40,917 nt of DNA, from contig JBGKDM010000256.1 in assembly GCA_042954165.1 (NCBI GenBank), forward strand, positions 1 to 40,917, in the 5' to 3' direction. The position numbers and the translations under genes are program-made. The notes under the pieces are model-generated. The model was not told the origin of the DNA. It searched no databases and saw nothing but the letters and a program-made list of their open reading frames with translations. Positions 38,335 to 40,917 of the stretch are shown piece by piece (within the stretch, counting starts at the first letter, position 1; every line of letters begins with the position of its first letter). The DNA comes from Synechococcus sp. (GTDB lineage: Bacteria > Cyanobacteriota > Cyanobacteriia > PCC-6307 > Cyanobiaceae).

Positions 38335-38796
38335 TCAGGCTCCCAGATGGACAACCATTGGTTGCCAGCGAAGGGATCGGGAACCACCCATCTCAACGAC
38401 CACCTTCAGCCGTGGTTCTCGACGGCAGAGTTCACAGAGTGACAGCAACTCGGAACGGGACAGAACCTGCCCCTCCAGCAGCCAGAGAACCACGGGTTTG
38501 TCGCCAAGCAGGCGCTCGCCGAGGAGCGGCATGACCTCCTGGACCTCACCGACTGCGGCACCACGGCCAACGCTCTGGTGGCCAAGATGGGGCGGCCGGA
38601 TTCCGTGCTTCTCAAACAGAGACACCTCCACATCACCCAGACCACGAGCTGATGTGAGCTGGGTGTTGTAACCAGCAGCCCTGAGTCGCCTCAGCAGGCG
38701 GGTTTCAGCTCCGCCTTCAAGAGGTACGTGAATGGCCATGCAGCCGGCGGCTTCTAGCTCGCGACGGAATCCCCGGCCGGAGAGAAGCAATGGCAT
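38335..38796 (-). CDS. ndhN: NDH-1 subunit N
   Basis: [31 protein letters not shown] and KVVVEMGG...LRWQP. Confidence 0.94.
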   Translation of the reverse strand: MPLLLSGRGFRRELEAAGCMAIHVPLEGGAETRLLRRLRAAGYNTQLTSARGLGDVEVSLFEKHGIRPPHLGHQSVGRGAAVGEVQEVMPLLGERLLGDKPVVLWLLEGQVLSRSELLSLCELCRREPRLKVVVEMGGSRSLRWQPMVVHLGA

Positions 38797-39166
38797 GGGA
38801 ACCGGTCAACTGCGCAGGAGTCTGGCAGTCAAAGCGCCTTTAAAGGAAGGGCAGCACGCGCTGGTGTAGTGTTTTTGTTTGCTTCGTGTTTCTGTGCCCG
38901 TCCGCTAGCCGGGCCTCCAGAACGCGATGCAGGTCCGGCGGTAGCGCCGGATCCCAAGGCCAGAGCAGTGACGCCATCAAAGCGTCATCTGCCGGGAAAC
39001 TGCCCGCCACCCGCGGACAAGTCCCAGCCAGCTGATTCGCTCGCTAGCCAATCCCGCGTTTCCGGCACGAAGCCGGTGAACACAGGTCACGACTGCGTCA
39101 ACACGATCAGCACTCTCGCTTCCGGATCCCTCTGGAGGCTGTCCACGCTGGCGTTCTTACCTCCCC

Positions 39167-39823
39167 ATGTCCATCGGCATCCTTGGGAAGAAACTGGGAA
39201 TGTCCCAGTTCTTCGACGAGCAAGGCAAAGCCGTCCCGGTCACCCTGATCGAGGCGGGCCCTTGCCGCATCACTCAGCTCAAGACAAATGAAACCGACGG
39301 CTACAGCGCCGTCCAGATCGGTTTTGGCGACACCCGCGAAAAACTGATCAACAAGCCCGCCAAAGGCCACCTTGCCAAGTCCGGCGAGGAACTGCTGCGG
39401 CACCTCAGCGAATACCGCGTTGACGACGTCAGCGGTTTCGAGCTGGGTCATGCGGTCACCGTCGGTGACTTCGAAGCAGGCCAGAAAGTTGATGTCAGCG
39501 GCGACAGCATGGGCCGCGGCTTCTCTGGCTACCAGAAGCGCCATGGCTTCAGCCGGGGTCCGATGACCCACGGTTCGAAGAACCATCGCGAACCTGGATC
39601 CACCGGCGCCGGCACCACTCCCGGTCGGATCTATCCCGGCAAGCGGATGGCCGGCCGTTACGGCGGCAAGAAAATCACCACACGCGGCCTCACCATCGTG
39701 AAGGTGGACAGCGAGCGCAACCTTCTTGTGGTGAAGGGTTCAGTCCCCGGGAAGCCTGGCTCCCTGCTCAACATCCGTCCGGCCAACCGGGTGGGTGCCA
39801 AGCCTGCCAATGGAGGTAAGTGA
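39167..39823 (+). CDS. rplC: 50S ribosomal protein L3
   Basis: [38 protein letters not shown] and VKGSVPG. Confidence 0.98.
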   Translation: MSIGILGKKLGMSQFFDEQGKAVPVTLIEAGPCRITQLKTNETDGYSAVQIGFGDTREKLINKPAKGHLAKSGEELLRHLSEYRVDDVSGFELGHAVTVGDFEAGQKVDVSGDSMGRGFSGYQKRHGFSRGPMTHGSKNHREPGSTGAGTTPGRIYPGKRMAGRYGGKKITTRGLTIVKVDSERNLLVVKGSVPGKPGSLLNIRPANRVGAKPANGGK

Positions 39824-40458
39824 TGGCAACTTGTGTAATCCGCGACTGGCAGGGCAAGGAAGCTGGTAACGCCAGCCTTGACCTGAAGGTGGCCAAGGAG
39901 ACCACCGCCAACGATCTGATGCATCGGGCCGTTCTGCGTCAGCAGGCCCACAGCCGTCAGGGAACGGCCAGCACCCTCACCCGTGCCGAGGTGCGCGGTG
40001 GTGGCCGCAAGCCCTACAAACAGAAAGGCACGGGCCGTGCACGCCAGGGTTCGATTCGCACCCCCCTGCGTCCCGGTGGCGGCATCGTCTTCGGACCGAA
40101 ACCCCGCACCTACAACCTTGCGATGAACCGCAAGGAGCGTCGCCTTGCCCTTCGCACTGCCCTGATGGCACGTGTTGAGGATCTGGTGGTGGTGAAGGAC
40201 TTCGGCGCAAGCCTTGAAGCTCCCAAGACCCGTGAGATCACCGATGCTCTGGGCCGTCTCGGCATCGCCGCTGACACCAAGGTGCTGATCATCCTCAGCA
40301 ATCCCTCGGATGTCGTGCGTCGCTCGGTGCGCAACCTCGAGAAGGTGAAGCTGATTTCCGCAGATCAGCTGAACGTCTTTGATCTGCTCAACGCCAACAG
40401 CCTGGTGATGGGTGAAACCGCACTCGCAACGATTCAGGAGGTCTACGGCGATGACTGA
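39823..40458 (+). CDS. rplD: 50S ribosomal protein L4
   Basis: [33 protein letters not shown] and FGPKPR. ATG overlaps the rplC stop. Confidence 0.98.
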   Translation: MATCVIRDWQGKEAGNASLDLKVAKETTANDLMHRAVLRQQAHSRQGTASTLTRAEVRGGGRKPYKQKGTGRARQGSIRTPLRPGGGIVFGPKPRTYNLAMNRKERRLALRTALMARVEDLVVVKDFGASLEAPKTREITDALGRLGIAADTKVLIILSNPSDVVRRSVRNLEKVKLISADQLNVFDLLNANSLVMGETALATIQEVYGDD

Positions 40459-40753
40459 GCGCTTCACCGGACGACTGGCCGATGTGATCCGCCGCCCGCT
40501 GATCACCGAAAAGGCCACACGCGCACTGGAACAGAACCAGTACACCTTCGAGGTGGATCCCCGCGCCGCCAAGCCCGACATCAAAGCTGCGATTGAGCAA
40601 CTCTTCGATGTCAAGGTCACAGGCATCAGCACCATGAATCCTCCCCGCCGCGCCCGCCGCGTCGGACGCTTCGCCGGCAAACGCGCCCAGGTGAAGAAGG
40701 CCGTGGTCCGCCTGGCCGAAGGCAACTCCATCCAACTCTTCCCTGAGTCCTGA
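40451..40753 (+). CDS. rplW: 50S ribosomal protein L23
   Basis: [25 protein letters not shown] and KKAVVRL. Start at ATG 40451. Confidence 0.97.
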   Translation: MTERFTGRLADVIRRPLITEKATRALEQNQYTFEVDPRAAKPDIKAAIEQLFDVKVTGISTMNPPRRARRVGRFAGKRAQVKKAVVRLAEGNSIQLFPES

Positions 40754-40768
40754 GGGGTCTGAAACGTC

Positions 40769-40917
40769 ATGGCAATCCGTACATTCCGCCCCTATACCCC
40801 CGGTACCCGCACCCGGGTGGTCACCGACTTCAACGAAGTCACCGGCCGCAAGCCGGAACGCTCCCTGGTGGTGGCCAAACACCGCCGTAAGGGCCGCAAC
40901 AACCGCGGTGTGATCAC
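40769..40917 (+). CDS. rplB: 50S ribosomal protein L2, N-terminal fragment (runs off the window)
   Basis: Manual translation [14 protein letters not shown]...KGRNNRGVI; expected gene order after rplW. Confidence 0.95.
   Translation, partial: MAIRTFRPYTPGTRTRVVTDFNEVTGRKPERSLVVAKHRRKGRNNRGVI

Noticed and set aside
38869-39291. 140-aa ORF across the rplC leader
   Set aside because: Overlaps rplC out of frame, has a Pro/Ser-rich non-protein-like composition, and its start coincides with the putative promoter.
39658-40770. 370-aa minus-strand ORF
   Set aside because: Antisense shadow of rplC/D/W.
39167-40917. rpsJ missing from the head of the S10 operon
   Set aside because: Normal in cyanobacteria, where rpsJ follows tufA.
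1-40917. CRISPR arrays, IS elements, prophage genes, HIP1 (GCGATCGC) enrichment
   Set aside because: I saw no regularly spaced repeats, transposase or integrase. Only isolated HIP1 octamers were noticed by eye (e.g. ~30549, ~31095), consistent with marine picocyanobacteria.

Overview
This looks like chromosomal DNA from a GC-rich marine picocyanobacterium (Synechococcus-like), judging from psaD, ndhN, ldpA, pex, a CURT1/CAAD protein and a phycoerythrin-II-type linker. About 90% is ordinary core genome: purM(3'), rnd, pex, ccb1, hemF, mrp, rodA, a Hik34-like kinase, psaD, trpE, gshA, ppc, recF, speD, larE, cobO, moeB plus a JAB peptidase, curT, crtD, tyrA, recA (with a LexA box), ycf45, ldpA, ndhN and rplC-rplD-rplW-rplB(5'). 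Three tRNAs (Cys-GCA, Arg-CCG, Gln-TTG) lie on the minus strand. The only accessory-looking segment is a ~3 kb A/T-richer islet (~2360-5440) off the 3' end of tRNA-Cys. It carries a SET-domain methyltransferase, a Cys-rich secreted protein, a 55-aa four-Cys microprotein missed by the ORF track, and a stand-alone chromophore-type PE-II linker gene. I see no CRISPR array, integrase, transposase or defence system, and I cannot demonstrate a new system from the sequence alone. The best leads are that islet, recF having no canonical start codon, and a structured rplC leader. All calls come from motif recognition by eye; no searches were run.
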